Below are positions 26,931-36,585 of a DNA stretch of 64,000 nucleotides, piece after piece. Within the stretch, counting starts at the first letter, position 1. Each line of letters starts with the position of its first letter. Source of the DNA: an uncultured Nitrospina sp. GTDB lineage: Bacteria > Nitrospinota > Nitrospinia > Nitrospinales > VA-1. A program made the translations under genes and the position numbers. The notes beneath the pieces were generated by a model. The model ran no database searches, was not told where the DNA came from, and saw only the letters and a list, made by a program, of their open reading frames with translations. Location of the stretch: contig CAYFNV010000003.1 of the NCBI GenBank assembly GCA_964344595.1, positions 117,032 to 181,031 of the forward strand. Direction: 5' to 3'.

Positions 26931-27884
26931 ATGAAACGGTTTTTCTTCATCTCTCTCCTTATAGGATTTCTGGTATTTCCCATTATTCCCGAGGCTGGGC
27001 CCAGTGGCACCTGGGTTGAGCTTTCTCCCACGCCAATCAAAAGAACAGAATCTTCGGCTGCACTCGTTGATGGTAAATTTTATTTGCTGGGAGGGTTCAC
27101 ACCTAAGGGAATTTCCAACAAGGTCGATGTCTGGAACCCTGACTCAGGCAACTGGAGCCGGATCGTTCCCATTCCACGAAAGCTGCATCACACAACAGCC
27201 TCAGTAGTAAACGGCAAACTATATATCATCGGAGGATTTGGTTCGGCCACGTGGAAGCCTTCAAATGTTAACTTTGAGTATGACCCTCAAACCCATCGCT
27301 GGACGGCCAAAGCTCCCATGCCAACTGCACGCGGGGCACATGCCGCGGGAGTCATAGACGGAAAAATACATTTAGTTGGAGGTGCTCATCGTGAATTATT
27401 CAATCTGGTAAATACCTCTGCCCATGAAGTCTATGACCCTAAAACAGACAGCTGGAAAACCCTCGCCCCAATGCCTACCCCTAGAGACCATCTTGCTGTT
27501 TCAGTTATTGGATCAAAATTGTATGCCATTGGTGGACGGGTTGATGTCAATTACAACAATAATATGGGTGCCAATGAGTCCTATGATTCCACAACCGGAA
27601 AATGGAGCCGCCATACCCCAATGCCCACAGCGCGTAGCGGCATCACTTCCCAGGTACTCAACGGATTAATTCATGTCTTTGGTGGAGAATCAGGCGAAGG
27701 AACCTTCATCAATAACGAAGCCTATGACTCGTCAACAAATAAATGGAAAACCTATGAACCCATGCCATCTGGAAGACATGGATTGGCCTCTGTTTTATGG
27801 AATAATGAAATACATCTTTTAACTGGAGGTCCTAAACCAGGTGGGGGCGGTAGCGACACTCATACTGTATTCAAACTCAATTAA
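26931..27884 (+). CDS. secreted Kelch-repeat beta-propeller protein (6 blades)
   Basis: Signal peptide. Six Kelch units: GKFYLLGGF, GKLYIIGGF, GKIHLVGGA, SKLYAIGGR, GLIHVFGGE, NEIHLLTGG. Confidence 0.8.
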   Translation: MKRFFFISLLIGFLVFPIIPEAGPSGTWVELSPTPIKRTESSAALVDGKFYLLGGFTPKGISNKVDVWNPDSGNWSRIVPIPRKLHHTTASVVNGKLYIIGGFGSATWKPSNVNFEYDPQTHRWTAKAPMPTARGAHAAGVIDGKIHLVGGAHRELFNLVNTSAHEVYDPKTDSWKTLAPMPTPRDHLAVSVIGSKLYAIGGRVDVNYNNNMGANESYDSTTGKWSRHTPMPTARSGITSQVLNGLIHVFGGESGEGTFINNEAYDSSTNKWKTYEPMPSGRHGLASVLWNNEIHLLTGGPKPGGGGSDTHTVFKLN

Positions 27885-27918
27885 TCCCTAAAAGAAGTTA
27901 TCTGGAAAGGAGGGAGGG

Positions 27919-27940
27919 CGGCTCCCTTATCAGGGAGCCG
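27919..27940 (+). other. perfect 9-bp stem / tetraloop hairpin after the Kelch gene
   Basis: CGGCTCCCT-tatc-AGGGAGCCG; no U-tract follows. Confidence 0.5.
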
Positions 27941-27968
27941 GAGAGAAAAGTTTGTTAGCCATCGATTT

Positions 27969-28029
27969 TGGCACGCCACGGATTGGGCCACTTGGAGGTT
28001 AACCCAATCCGTTGGAGGTGGCAGTGCCA
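27969..28029. other. 61-nt nested stem-loop (outer 6 bp TGGCAC/GTGCCA, inner perfect 10 bp ACGGATTGGG/CCCAATCCGT)
   Basis: Base pairs read directly from the sequence; 15-nt apical loop. Confidence 0.5.
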
Positions 28030-28231
28030 GTTCGAATCTTCAATATATCTATACAGCAATCCTCATGCCGTTTTAGAGACCAGCAGACAAAAATAAAGCA
28101 ACTTATTATAAAATAAAGGGTTAAGTTCCCTCTCCAGGTTTGCATCTCTGCCAAAAATTTGTTCTACTCGAGAAATTTTGCCCCGTTCCCCGTCAATTTT
28201 TTCCCTTATACCTAGAAATACAGCAAATTTT

Positions 28232-28963
28232 TTAACGCAGTAGATCAGAGAGAAATTTTGTCATTACCTGAGTTGCAAATCGAGTTTGCGTGCGAAGTGA
28301 TAAGGCACTTTTGATGGAGCCAGGGTGTGTTAAAACATACCATCCAGCTTTTAAACTGGAAATCTCTCCATCACTCCCTAAAAATGTAGAACTGTCCAGA
28401 AGTTCCTGATCCAGCCTGTCAGAAATCACCCTCAGAGACAATAACGGCCGACCCTTGGTTTCAGCTACTTTTGCTATCGACGCAGTTTCCATTTCCACCG
28501 CCTGAACATCAAAGTTTTTTCCCAGTTCCTTCTTGGTTGCTGGATCATGAATAACTCTATTAACGCTTAGCAAGCTACCTACAACCTTCTTTGCGCCATT
28601 CGAACAAGAGACACGTCTAGCTCGTTCCATCCAATCAGGGTCAGGGAAATACTCACCTCCCTCTTCCTCCATAATGGTTTCGGCAATCACCAGATCCCCG
28701 ACATTCAGTCCAGGCTGCACCGCCCCTGCATAACCGATACTGATAAGCGCACCAGGCTGAAAACGGTCAATGACCTGATAGACGGCATCCTCAGCCCGCT
28801 TATTTCCTACTCCAGTCCGGACCAAAACGATGCTCTGCTTTCCCAGCATGCCTGACCAAGCCGAACTTTTTCCCAAACTCACATGATCTGAAATACTCAT
28901 GGATTGTTTGATTCCGGCAATTTCTTCTTTCACCGCTCCCAATATGGCAATACAATCATTCAT
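28232..28963 (-). CDS. nucleoside phosphorylase-family protein (MTA/SAH-nucleosidase-like)
   Basis: IAILGAVKEE N-terminus and the VEMETASIA motif. ATG at 28963 preferred over the GTG at 28981 in the ORF track. Confidence 0.65.
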   Translation of the reverse strand: MNDCIAILGAVKEEIAGIKQSMSISDHVSLGKSSAWSGMLGKQSIVLVRTGVGNKRAEDAVYQVIDRFQPGALISIGYAGAVQPGLNVGDLVIAETIMEEEGGEYFPDPDWMERARRVSCSNGAKKVVGSLLSVNRVIHDPATKKELGKNFDVQAVEMETASIAKVAETKGRPLLSLRVISDRLDQELLDSSTFLGSDGEISSLKAGWYVLTHPGSIKSALSLRTQTRFATQVMTKFLSDLLR

Positions 28964-29105
28964 GACAAAAGAGTATACCACTCAAAAGAAATGAAAAAAC
29001 AACCTGAGCAAAGAAACAGCTCTCTTTGCTCTGATCGATAAGCAACATTATAATAAACTTGGTTTGATATTTGATTTCAAGACTGAAATATCAAGGAAAA
29101 CTTTC

Positions 29106-29996
29106 ATGGAAAAATCGTCAATCGATTCGGGAATGATCGCATCCACGGCAAAATGGTTCACCACCGGGGAGTCCCTTCTGGCAATGATTTTTGCCTTGGC
29201 GGTTTTGATTGTTACTTTGCGCATCATTTACCGTCCTTGCAAAGACTCACTATCTATCAAACTGCTAGGCAGTCTCATGGTCCTTTCCCTATCCTTCGGT
29301 GCCAATCACCCGGCTATTTATGGATTAGGCATCTTCATCATTGCGACTCTCATCACTGAATTGCATTTCATTGAAAAACTCGGAGCACTTATCTGGCGCA
29401 GGAAAGAACACCATCAATATTTACTGCAAAAAGCTACTGCTGAGGAAGTAGAAAGCAAGCGCAAAAAAGAGTTAAAGATAAAAGAAGATGAAACGTTCGA
29501 TGATTCAGAATCCCCTGATCAACAGGAGCCCTGGGAAATTTATAACAAACCCCCGGACCCTAACCGTCTTTTAATGGAAGAGGCCCACAAGTTCCACGTG
29601 GCGGTCCATCGAGCACTGCAATCAGGGAAAGGGCCTTTTGGCATGCATGAACTCAAAGAAGAAATTACAATCTCTGACAGATTCAGCCAGTTAACTCTGG
29701 ACGCTCTAGTAATCAGTCCTCACCATCATTATGTTGTAGAAATCCGTTATTTTCGGTTTCGAGATGATTTAAAACAAACATTACCTGAAGTGGAACAAAT
29801 GGCCCTCGCCTACCGCAATTACTTAATAGAGCGCCACAATCGAAACAATGTAACGCCGGTGCTCATTGTTCCACGTCATCTTAATGTGCCTAATGTTTTT
29901 CTAGGCACGCTGATTCTCCGATACGACCAGGATGAGGATCAATTTCACAATGAGGACAGAGCTATTAATATTCTTGAAGCCTGGCAGAAAGCTTAA
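29106..29996 (+). CDS. membrane-anchored protein with C-terminal PD-(D/E)xK-nuclease-like core (hypothetical)
   Basis: 2-3 N-terminal TM helices, a charged linker, then LDALVISPHHHYVVEIRY, which fits a D-x12-E-x-(K/R) pattern. ATG at 29106 with an AAGGA upstream (ORF track starts at TTG 29064). Confidence 0.55.
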   Translation: MEKSSIDSGMIASTAKWFTTGESLLAMIFALAVLIVTLRIIYRPCKDSLSIKLLGSLMVLSLSFGANHPAIYGLGIFIIATLITELHFIEKLGALIWRRKEHHQYLLQKATAEEVESKRKKELKIKEDETFDDSESPDQQEPWEIYNKPPDPNRLLMEEAHKFHVAVHRALQSGKGPFGMHELKEEITISDRFSQLTLDALVISPHHHYVVEIRYFRFRDDLKQTLPEVEQMALAYRNYLIERHNRNNVTPVLIVPRHLNVPNVFLGTLILRYDQDEDQFHNEDRAINILEAWQKA

Positions 29997-30079
29997 TAGA
30001 TTGGAAACTAAATTTTCCATACCTCTATATTTTAATGCAATAATTCCACGCTTACCTTCATAGGAGAAACCTTTTACAA

Positions 30080-31480
30080 ATGGCAAAGCTGAAACTGAAT
30101 ATTCCGGTAAAAAGAGGCGACCGGCTTGAGCTGGATGTCGAGACACTGGCCTCAAGCGGTGACGGGATTTGCCGGCACGAAGGGTATACCCTGTTTGTTC
30201 CGGGGGGATTGACTGGAGACCGTATCCTTGGGAAAGTGATCAAGATCACTCCGCGTTTTGGAGTGTTGGATATATTGAAAAGAATTGATTTATCCAAAGA
30301 CCGTATTGATCCACCCTGCCCGGTTTTTCACACATGTGGAGGCTGCAAATTCCAGGACCTTAGCTACGAAAAACAATTACAGTTTAAAGTTCAGGTGGTT
30401 CAGGACAGTTTAAAGCGCATTGCTCAAATTGAAACTCCAGAACAAATAGAAATAATCCCGGCCGATGACCAATACCAATATCGCAACAAAGGTAGTTTCG
30501 CTATTCAGGGAAAGGGTGGAAAACCTATTATTGGATTCTATGCAGAAGGCACTCATGATATAGCCGACTCTTCCACCTGCGATATTCTTCTTCCAAAAAT
30601 TAATGAGACGAAAGAATGGTTGCGCAAGCTTGTGACAAAGCACGATATTTCTATCTACAACGAACGTCATTGTCGAGGACTGTTGAGAGGTTTGGTCATT
30701 CGACACTCCTCTTCTACTGGTGAAACATTAGTCGGGCTAGTCACTTATAAAAACAGGTTTCCGAGAAGTTTCCTCTCTGACTTGACAAAAGAAGATCAAT
30801 TAAAAAAACTGGGTATTGTAGGAATCATTCAAAACATCAACACACAAAATACAAACGTGATCCTGGGTGCTGAGAACAGGGTTTTATGGGGTAGAGAACG
30901 TTATCAAGAAAACCTCTGTGGAATAACTTTTCAGCTTTCTCTTGGCTCTTTTTTTCAAGTCCACTCAAAACAAGCTGAAAAACTCTATTCCCTGATAAGC
31001 CAGTGGACTGAGGAAGGTCAGCCAATAATCGATGCCTATAGCGGATCTGGTGGGATATCTCTCTTTCTTGCAAAGCAAGGTAGAACAATTACCGGTATTG
31101 AAAAGTTTGCACCGGCAATGGAAGATGCCAGATTGAGTGCTGAAAGCAACGGATTGTCAAACTGCCGCTTTTTGACCGGAACAGTTGAAGAACATATAAA
31201 AGTTTTGGATAGATCCATCCATGCCTTCATCGTGGACCCGCCCCGTAAAGGTTGTTCTGAAGAAGTTATCAAAGCTTTACAAGATTACAAACCTCAACAA
31301 ATTATCTATGTTTCGTGTAATCCCTCTACGCTTGCCCGGGATCTGGAGCGTTTAGAGGGGTATCAAATCCAGAACATCCGTTTGATAGACATGTTTCCGC
31401 AAACCCAGCATGTTGAAATCGCAGTACGCCTCACAGAAACTCTTCTTAAAGACCCTGAGAATACTTGGTTAGTTGCCTAA
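30080..31480 (+). CDS. rlmD: 23S rRNA (uracil-5-)-methyltransferase RlmD/RumA family
   Basis: TRAM domain; Fe-S Cys cluster CPVFHTCGGCKFQ; SAM-methyltransferase motifs (DAYSGSGG, VDPPRKG). Confidence 0.85.
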   Translation: MAKLKLNIPVKRGDRLELDVETLASSGDGICRHEGYTLFVPGGLTGDRILGKVIKITPRFGVLDILKRIDLSKDRIDPPCPVFHTCGGCKFQDLSYEKQLQFKVQVVQDSLKRIAQIETPEQIEIIPADDQYQYRNKGSFAIQGKGGKPIIGFYAEGTHDIADSSTCDILLPKINETKEWLRKLVTKHDISIYNERHCRGLLRGLVIRHSSSTGETLVGLVTYKNRFPRSFLSDLTKEDQLKKLGIVGIIQNINTQNTNVILGAENRVLWGRERYQENLCGITFQLSLGSFFQVHSKQAEKLYSLISQWTEEGQPIIDAYSGSGGISLFLAKQGRTITGIEKFAPAMEDARLSAESNGLSNCRFLTGTVEEHIKVLDRSIHAFIVDPPRKGCSEEVIKALQDYKPQQIIYVSCNPSTLARDLERLEGYQIQNIRLIDMFPQTQHVEIAVRLTETLLKDPENTWLVA

Positions 31481-31507
31481 CTGGGCAAAGGGTGGTATAC
31501 CTAAAGC

Positions 31508-32617
31508 ATGGAAAACAGCCATAAAATCCGTCTGTTAAAGCAAACTGACCTGCTCAGCTTTTTCGATGAGACCACCTTGTCAATGTTGGTTGAACATTGC
31601 AGAGAAATTTCTCTTGAACCGAAAGAAGTGCTCTTTCACGAAAATGACCTTGAGAATGCCATGTATCTAATTCTCGAAGGAGAACTAGAGGTTTTCAAAG
31701 GTCCCAAACAAATAGCGGTTTTAGGTCCGGGAAACTATCTGGGAGAAATGTCACTGATTGAATCCAAAGCCCGTTCTGCCTCTGCTCGAGCTGAGAAGAA
31801 AACCCTGCTCATGGAAATCAATGAAGAACATTTCCATACCTATTTGGCATCTGAGCCACTAGCGCTACTATCAATCATGAGGACCCTGTCAGGCCGAGTA
31901 CGCAGTGACCTTGAAACAATGATGAAGGATATGCGAAAATTGAGTATCTTCACCCACGATATCAGAAATTACTTGAGTACTCTGGGACTCGCGGAACTGA
32001 CCCTCGAAGACACTATCGAGTTATTGGGTGGCACCAATCCCGACCATAAAAAAAGAGAGGGACTGGAAGACATGGAGAAATGTCAACATGTTGTCCAAAC
32101 CGTACGAACCAACCTGATGAAACTTCTCGATTCCAGCTTAAATCATATTAAAAAAGTTAAGACCGAGTATAAAAAATCAAAAAATCCACTTCTGCCAGTC
32201 ATCGAAGAAACTGTAGCTGGACTTGCCACGCACCCACAGTTAATAAATAAAAAAATCAATATCCTACCTCAAGGGGATTCATTCGAGACAGTTTTTAACC
32301 CATTGGACATCCAGCGCGTGCTGCAAAACCTGATTATCAACGCCGGATATGTTACCGAAAGCGGAGGAAAGATAGACGTAGGGGTCATTAGAACTGACGA
32401 AGCCTTAAAGGTCAGTATAACCGACAAAGGTTGTGGCATTCCTGAAGAAGTTCAAGAATATCTTTTCAAAGATTCGTTGACAACAAAAAGTGATGGGAAT
32501 GGACTCGGCTTGCTTTCATGTAAGGGAATTATCGAGGAAAACCACCAGGGTAAACTCTGGTTCGAGACCGAAGCAGGAAAAGGAACCACCTTCCACTTCA
32601 CCCTCCCCACAGATTAG
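31508..32617 (+). CDS. cyclic-nucleotide-binding-domain sensor histidine kinase (soluble)
   Basis: cNMP-binding motif GEMSLIESKARSASARA. H-box FTHDIRNYL; N-box LQNLIINAGY; G-boxes DKGCGI and GNGLGL. No TM segment. Confidence 0.8.
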   Translation: MENSHKIRLLKQTDLLSFFDETTLSMLVEHCREISLEPKEVLFHENDLENAMYLILEGELEVFKGPKQIAVLGPGNYLGEMSLIESKARSASARAEKKTLLMEINEEHFHTYLASEPLALLSIMRTLSGRVRSDLETMMKDMRKLSIFTHDIRNYLSTLGLAELTLEDTIELLGGTNPDHKKREGLEDMEKCQHVVQTVRTNLMKLLDSSLNHIKKVKTEYKKSKNPLLPVIEETVAGLATHPQLINKKINILPQGDSFETVFNPLDIQRVLQNLIINAGYVTESGGKIDVGVIRTDEALKVSITDKGCGIPEEVQEYLFKDSLTTKSDGNGLGLLSCKGIIEENHQGKLWFETEAGKGTTFHFTLPTD

Positions 32618-32808
32618 CCGGCGAGCCGCCGGAAGCAATTTGCAAAAATTTATTTATAGATACAGATTTTTCGTCGGTTTGATGAGACCCGTTGTTTCTA
32701 CCTCCAGGATAATTTTTGCATAACCCTGCGAGTAAGAGGATTAAAATATCGCGCTCGATTATTCCGTCTGTTTTCAGAGTAATGCAGCAATCGTCCCACG
32801 CAGAGTGG

Positions 32809-34194
32809 TTAGAATTTGGAGTGTTTAGGAGTACGGGGGAAAGGGATTACATCTCGAATATTTTCCATGCCAGTTACGAACTGGACCAGTCTTTCGAACC
32901 CCAAGCCAAACCCTGAGTGAGGAGCAGAGCCAAACTTTCTAAGGTCGAGATACCACCAGTATTGTTCCGGGTCGAGGTCTTTGTTCCGCATTCGTTGTAA
33001 CAGCACATCATAATTTTCTTCTCTCTGGCTGCCGCCAATGATCTCCCCAAGCTTAGGTAAAAGGACATCCATCGCCCGTACTGTTTCACCACATTCATTG
33101 AGCTTCATGTAAAATGATTTGATCTGCTCCGGGTAATTGAAAACCATGATTGGTTTTTTAAATACCTTCTCACTTAGATAACGTTCATGTTCAGCCTGCA
33201 ATGCAAAGCCCCATTCCACAGGATATGTGAAAGTCTCCGACGATTTTTGTAGTTGATGAATGGCATCAGTATATGTCAATCGCTCAAACTTGTTGTCGAT
33301 GATATTCCTCAAAGTTCCGATGATAGTGGTGTCAATCCGCTTGTTAAAAAATTCCATGTCATCAGTGCATTGTTCCATCACATCCGACAATAAGTATTTG
33401 ATGAATTCTTCTGCCAGGTCCATATTATCATCAAGATCATAAAAGGCCATTTCGGGCTCTACCATCCAGAACTCTGAAAGATGGCGACTGGTATTGGAGT
33501 TTTCAGCACGAAAAGTCGGACCAAATGTATATATTTCTGAAAGGGCCATCGCATAGATTTCACCTTCCAATTGACCGCTGACAGTGAGGGAGGTTTTCTC
33601 ACCAAAGAAATCCTTTGAATAGTCAACCTTTCCATCCATCATTGGAGGGTTGGTAAGGTCGAGAGTCGTTACCTGGAACATTTCCCCTGCACCTTCACAA
33701 TCACTGGTAGTCACAATGGGTGTGTTCAGATATAAAAAACCTCTGTCCTGAAAAAACTTGTGGATGGAAAAAGCCAACCGGTTGCGAACCCTCATGACAG
33801 CACCAAAAGTATTTGTACGCGGACGAAGGTGGGCGATTTCACGTAAAAACTCAAAGGAGTGCCGTTTCTTTTGCAATGGATAAGACTCAACAGGTGCAGG
33901 TCCATAAACAATAATTTCTGTCGCTTGAACTTCTTTTGACTGGCCCTTACCCTGCGATGTGACCAAATTACCGCGTACAGAAACACAACTGCCTGTTGTC
34001 ATTTTGCTCTCTATCGAAGAAAATTCTGGCAGTGTATGCTCAGCCACCACCTGAATATTTGCTACACAGGAACCATCGTTGATTTCCAGAAAGGAAAACC
34101 CACCCTTGGAATCCCGACGGGTTCGCACCCACCCCTTAACCAATACTTCTCCCTCATCACCTGTCAGGAGGTCTTTAACTTTTGTACGCTTCAT
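32809..34194 (-). CDS. asnS: asparagine--tRNA ligase
   Basis: Class IIb OB-fold N-terminus; motifs [17 protein letters not shown] and GFGLGFERL. Confidence 0.9.
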   Translation of the reverse strand: MKRTKVKDLLTGDEGEVLVKGWVRTRRDSKGGFSFLEINDGSCVANIQVVAEHTLPEFSSIESKMTTGSCVSVRGNLVTSQGKGQSKEVQATEIIVYGPAPVESYPLQKKRHSFEFLREIAHLRPRTNTFGAVMRVRNRLAFSIHKFFQDRGFLYLNTPIVTTSDCEGAGEMFQVTTLDLTNPPMMDGKVDYSKDFFGEKTSLTVSGQLEGEIYAMALSEIYTFGPTFRAENSNTSRHLSEFWMVEPEMAFYDLDDNMDLAEEFIKYLLSDVMEQCTDDMEFFNKRIDTTIIGTLRNIIDNKFERLTYTDAIHQLQKSSETFTYPVEWGFALQAEHERYLSEKVFKKPIMVFNYPEQIKSFYMKLNECGETVRAMDVLLPKLGEIIGGSQREENYDVLLQRMRNKDLDPEQYWWYLDLRKFGSAPHSGFGLGFERLVQFVTGMENIRDVIPFPRTPKHSKF

Positions 34195-34353
34195 AAACCT
34201 TGTTTATCCTTGTTAAAGCTTGATTTGGCAAAGCTCTTCTCATTGACAATAAAGGAGTTTTCAGATATTTTAAGGAGTGTGTAAGCAGTTAGCAATGATT
34301 TTTCCCAGCGTATCAACTGAAATCAGCTGAGGAAAACCTTCACCCCATTTTTT

Positions 34354-34653
34354 GTGTTTATTCTAGGAAATTTACTGAGCGCAACCGCCCAGGTTCTAAG
34401 TATTGTATTAAAGCTTTATATGTGGGTCATTATTATCCGCGCCTTGTTATCCTGGGTGAATCCGGACCCTTATAACCCCATTGTCCAGTTTTTATACAGT
34501 ATCACAGAACCGGTTTTGCTTCGAGTGAGACAACTAATTCCTATGTCCGGAATAGGGATCGACTTTTCACCCATCATTGTCCTTCTGGCAATAATTTTCC
34601 TTGAGGAGTTTTTGGTTAATTCTCTCGCAACCATGGCAATGCAATTACAGTAA
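34354..34653 (+). CDS. YggT-family membrane protein
   Basis: 99 aa, 2-3 TM, typical YggT pattern (RALLSW....NP). GTG start. Confidence 0.75.
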   Translation: MFILGNLLSATAQVLSIVLKLYMWVIIIRALLSWVNPDPYNPIVQFLYSITEPVLLRVRQLIPMSGIGIDFSPIIVLLAIIFLEEFLVNSLATMAMQLQ

Positions 34654-34659
34654 ACTACC

Positions 34660-35241
34660 ATGCGCCTGACATATCTTGATATTTTAGAGCAATGTTTCCA
34701 CGATAAGTTCCGTGGCTATAACAAACAGGAAGTGGACACATTCCTGCATCTTGTTGCCGATGACTTCAAGTCCATGGCAGAAGACCTCAAGGACAAGGAC
34801 CGGCAGATCAATCTCAAAAATGAAGAAATTAAAGAACTCAAACAATATCAAGACAAGCAGGAACTAGAAAGTAAAAACCTTTCTGAGATGGTGGAAAAAA
34901 TACAGATCCTGCAAAATGAATTGACTGAAAAAGGCCAACTAATTCAGGAGCTGGAAAAAGCAAAAGAAACTTCATCAAATGGAAATGGCGCTTTCTCAAA
35001 TTTAACACCGGAAATGCTTAAAGAAAAAGCAAAAACAATCATCAATACCGCTAAACAGCATGCCGAACAACATAAAGCAAACGCCACAAAAGAGTTGAAT
35101 TCCATTCAAGAAGATATTCTGAAATTGCAAAAACAGAAACAACAACTTATGGACAATATCCGAGCCACGGCGGTAGAACATTTAAACAAATTTAAAACGA
35201 GCACCCATAACGGCAATGCCGGAAACTCAGTTCAGGATTAA
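34660..35241 (+). CDS. DivIVA-domain coiled-coil protein
   Basis: N-terminal FHDKFRGYNKQEVDTFL DivIVA signature followed by a long coiled coil. Confidence 0.8.
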   Translation: MRLTYLDILEQCFHDKFRGYNKQEVDTFLHLVADDFKSMAEDLKDKDRQINLKNEEIKELKQYQDKQELESKNLSEMVEKIQILQNELTEKGQLIQELEKAKETSSNGNGAFSNLTPEMLKEKAKTIINTAKQHAEQHKANATKELNSIQEDILKLQKQKQQLMDNIRATAVEHLNKFKTSTHNGNAGNSVQD

Positions 35242-35548
35242 TCCTTGCGAACGTGGAATCCGGTTCTCAGTTATCATCCAGCCCCGGTCATCCCAGAATG
35301 AGATTTCAGGGATTCATAACAATTCCTTAAAGATTCGTTTGACCTCACCACCGGTAGACGGTGCTGCCAATAAAACATGTATCAAGTTCCTGTCAAAGTG
35401 GCTGGAGGTGAGTCCCTCCAGAGTAAGTATCGTTGCAGGACTCAGTAGTAAAAACAAGATTATTGAAATTGAGGGCATGGACGAGATTATTTTTCGAGAC
35501 AAGTTAACTGCTAAAATTCCTAACCTATTTGAAGAAGATAATTCATGA
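35216..35548 (+). CDS. YggU/DUF167 family protein
   Basis: QPRSSQNEI...LTSPPVDGAANK...SSKNK pattern. Confidence 0.75.
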   Translation: MPETQFRINPCERGIRFSVIIQPRSSQNEISGIHNNSLKIRLTSPPVDGAANKTCIKFLSKWLEVSPSRVSIVAGLSSKNKIIEIEGMDEIIFRDKLTAKIPNLFEEDNS

Positions 35549-36585
35549 TTAAAACCATAGAGTATATAGATGGAGTAGTGAGGATGATTGACCAGACTCG
35601 TCTTCCTTCAGAAAAAGTTTTTGTGGACTGCAAAACTATAGATGATGTCGAGCATGCTATTAAAACCATGATCATCCGGGGAGCACCAGCAATTGGAGTC
35701 GCTGCGGCAATGGGAGTCAGTCTCGGTGCAGACACAATAACCGCTTCCAGTTTTGACGAGTTCTATTCCACGATGGAAAAGCAATGCAACAAGCTTGGCA
35801 AGTCTCGCCCTACTGCTGTAAACCTTGCATGGGCAATCAAAAGGATGAAGCAGGTTGCGCAAGATTCAAAAGACCTTCCTATTTCTGAACTCAAATCCCG
35901 ATTGAGAGATGAAGCCCTCACTATCCTGACCGAAGATATCAGCATCAATGAATCTATGGGACAACACGGACAGACTCTCGTTGAAAGCGGTAACGTGATT
36001 TTGACCCATTGCAATGCCGGAGCTTTAGCAACAGCGGGTTACGGGACAGCGCTTGGAGTGATTCGGGCATCAGTGAATGAGGGTAAAAATATTCGTGTGC
36101 TGGCAAACGAGACCAGGCCTTTCCTGCAAGGAGCAAGGCTCACGGCATGGGAACTCAAAGAGGACAATATTCCCGTCAAACTTATCACCGATAATATGTG
36201 CGGTTTTTTCATGAAAAACGGGGAAGTAGACCTTGTGGTTGTCGGAGCTGACCGCATTGCTGGAAATGGTGATATTGCTAATAAAATAGGTACCTACATG
36301 GTTGCGGTGCTTGCAAAAGAAAACAATATTCCATTTTATGTTGCCGCGCCTGTTTCAACACTGGATCTTTCATTAGTATCTGGTGATGAGATTCCTATTG
36401 AGGAACGCTCTGCTGAGGAAGTGGTGAACATCAATAAAAAAAGAATTGCCCCCGAAGACATTGATGTTGCACACCCCGCGTTTGATATTACCCCCAACGA
36501 ATTGGTCACAGCCATCATCACTGAACAGGGAATCGCCCGCCCGCCCTTCACCGAGTCGCTCAAGGCAATGGCGCAAAAAAAATGA
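35545..36585 (+). CDS. mtnA: S-methyl-5-thioribose-1-phosphate isomerase
   Basis: eIF-2B-alpha/beta/delta-like fold: IRGAPAIGV, HCNAGALAT, VGADRIAGNGD. Confidence 0.85.
   Translation: MIKTIEYIDGVVRMIDQTRLPSEKVFVDCKTIDDVEHAIKTMIIRGAPAIGVAAAMGVSLGADTITASSFDEFYSTMEKQCNKLGKSRPTAVNLAWAIKRMKQVAQDSKDLPISELKSRLRDEALTILTEDISINESMGQHGQTLVESGNVILTHCNAGALATAGYGTALGVIRASVNEGKNIRVLANETRPFLQGARLTAWELKEDNIPVKLITDNMCGFFMKNGEVDLVVVGADRIAGNGDIANKIGTYMVAVLAKENNIPFYVAAPVSTLDLSLVSGDEIPIEERSAEEVVNINKKRIAPEDIDVAHPAFDITPNELVTAIITEQGIARPPFTESLKAMAQKK

Noticed and set aside
27969-27985. TGGCAC hexamers as additional sigma-54 promoters (also at 42254, 62619, 36610, 27004)
   Set aside because: None is followed by TTGC at the required 5-nt spacing. 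Several lie inside coding regions. Only the 62006-61991 site fits the full consensus.
28019-28045. GTTCGAATC T-loop-like motif suggesting a tRNA or tmRNA fragment
   Set aside because: The flanking bases (GCCAG / CTTCA) cannot form a T-stem, and no acceptor or anticodon arms can be drawn. tmRNA hallmarks (a 5' GGGG..., a 3' ...CCACCA) are absent.
32700-32811. Possible additional degenerate copy of the 70-nt repeat just downstream of asnS
   Set aside because: Only a short CCAC..GTGG hairpin next to the stop and a loose ATTGCTGCA match are present. The TTAAGCCGAGA box and the fixed 32-34-nt spacing could not be found.
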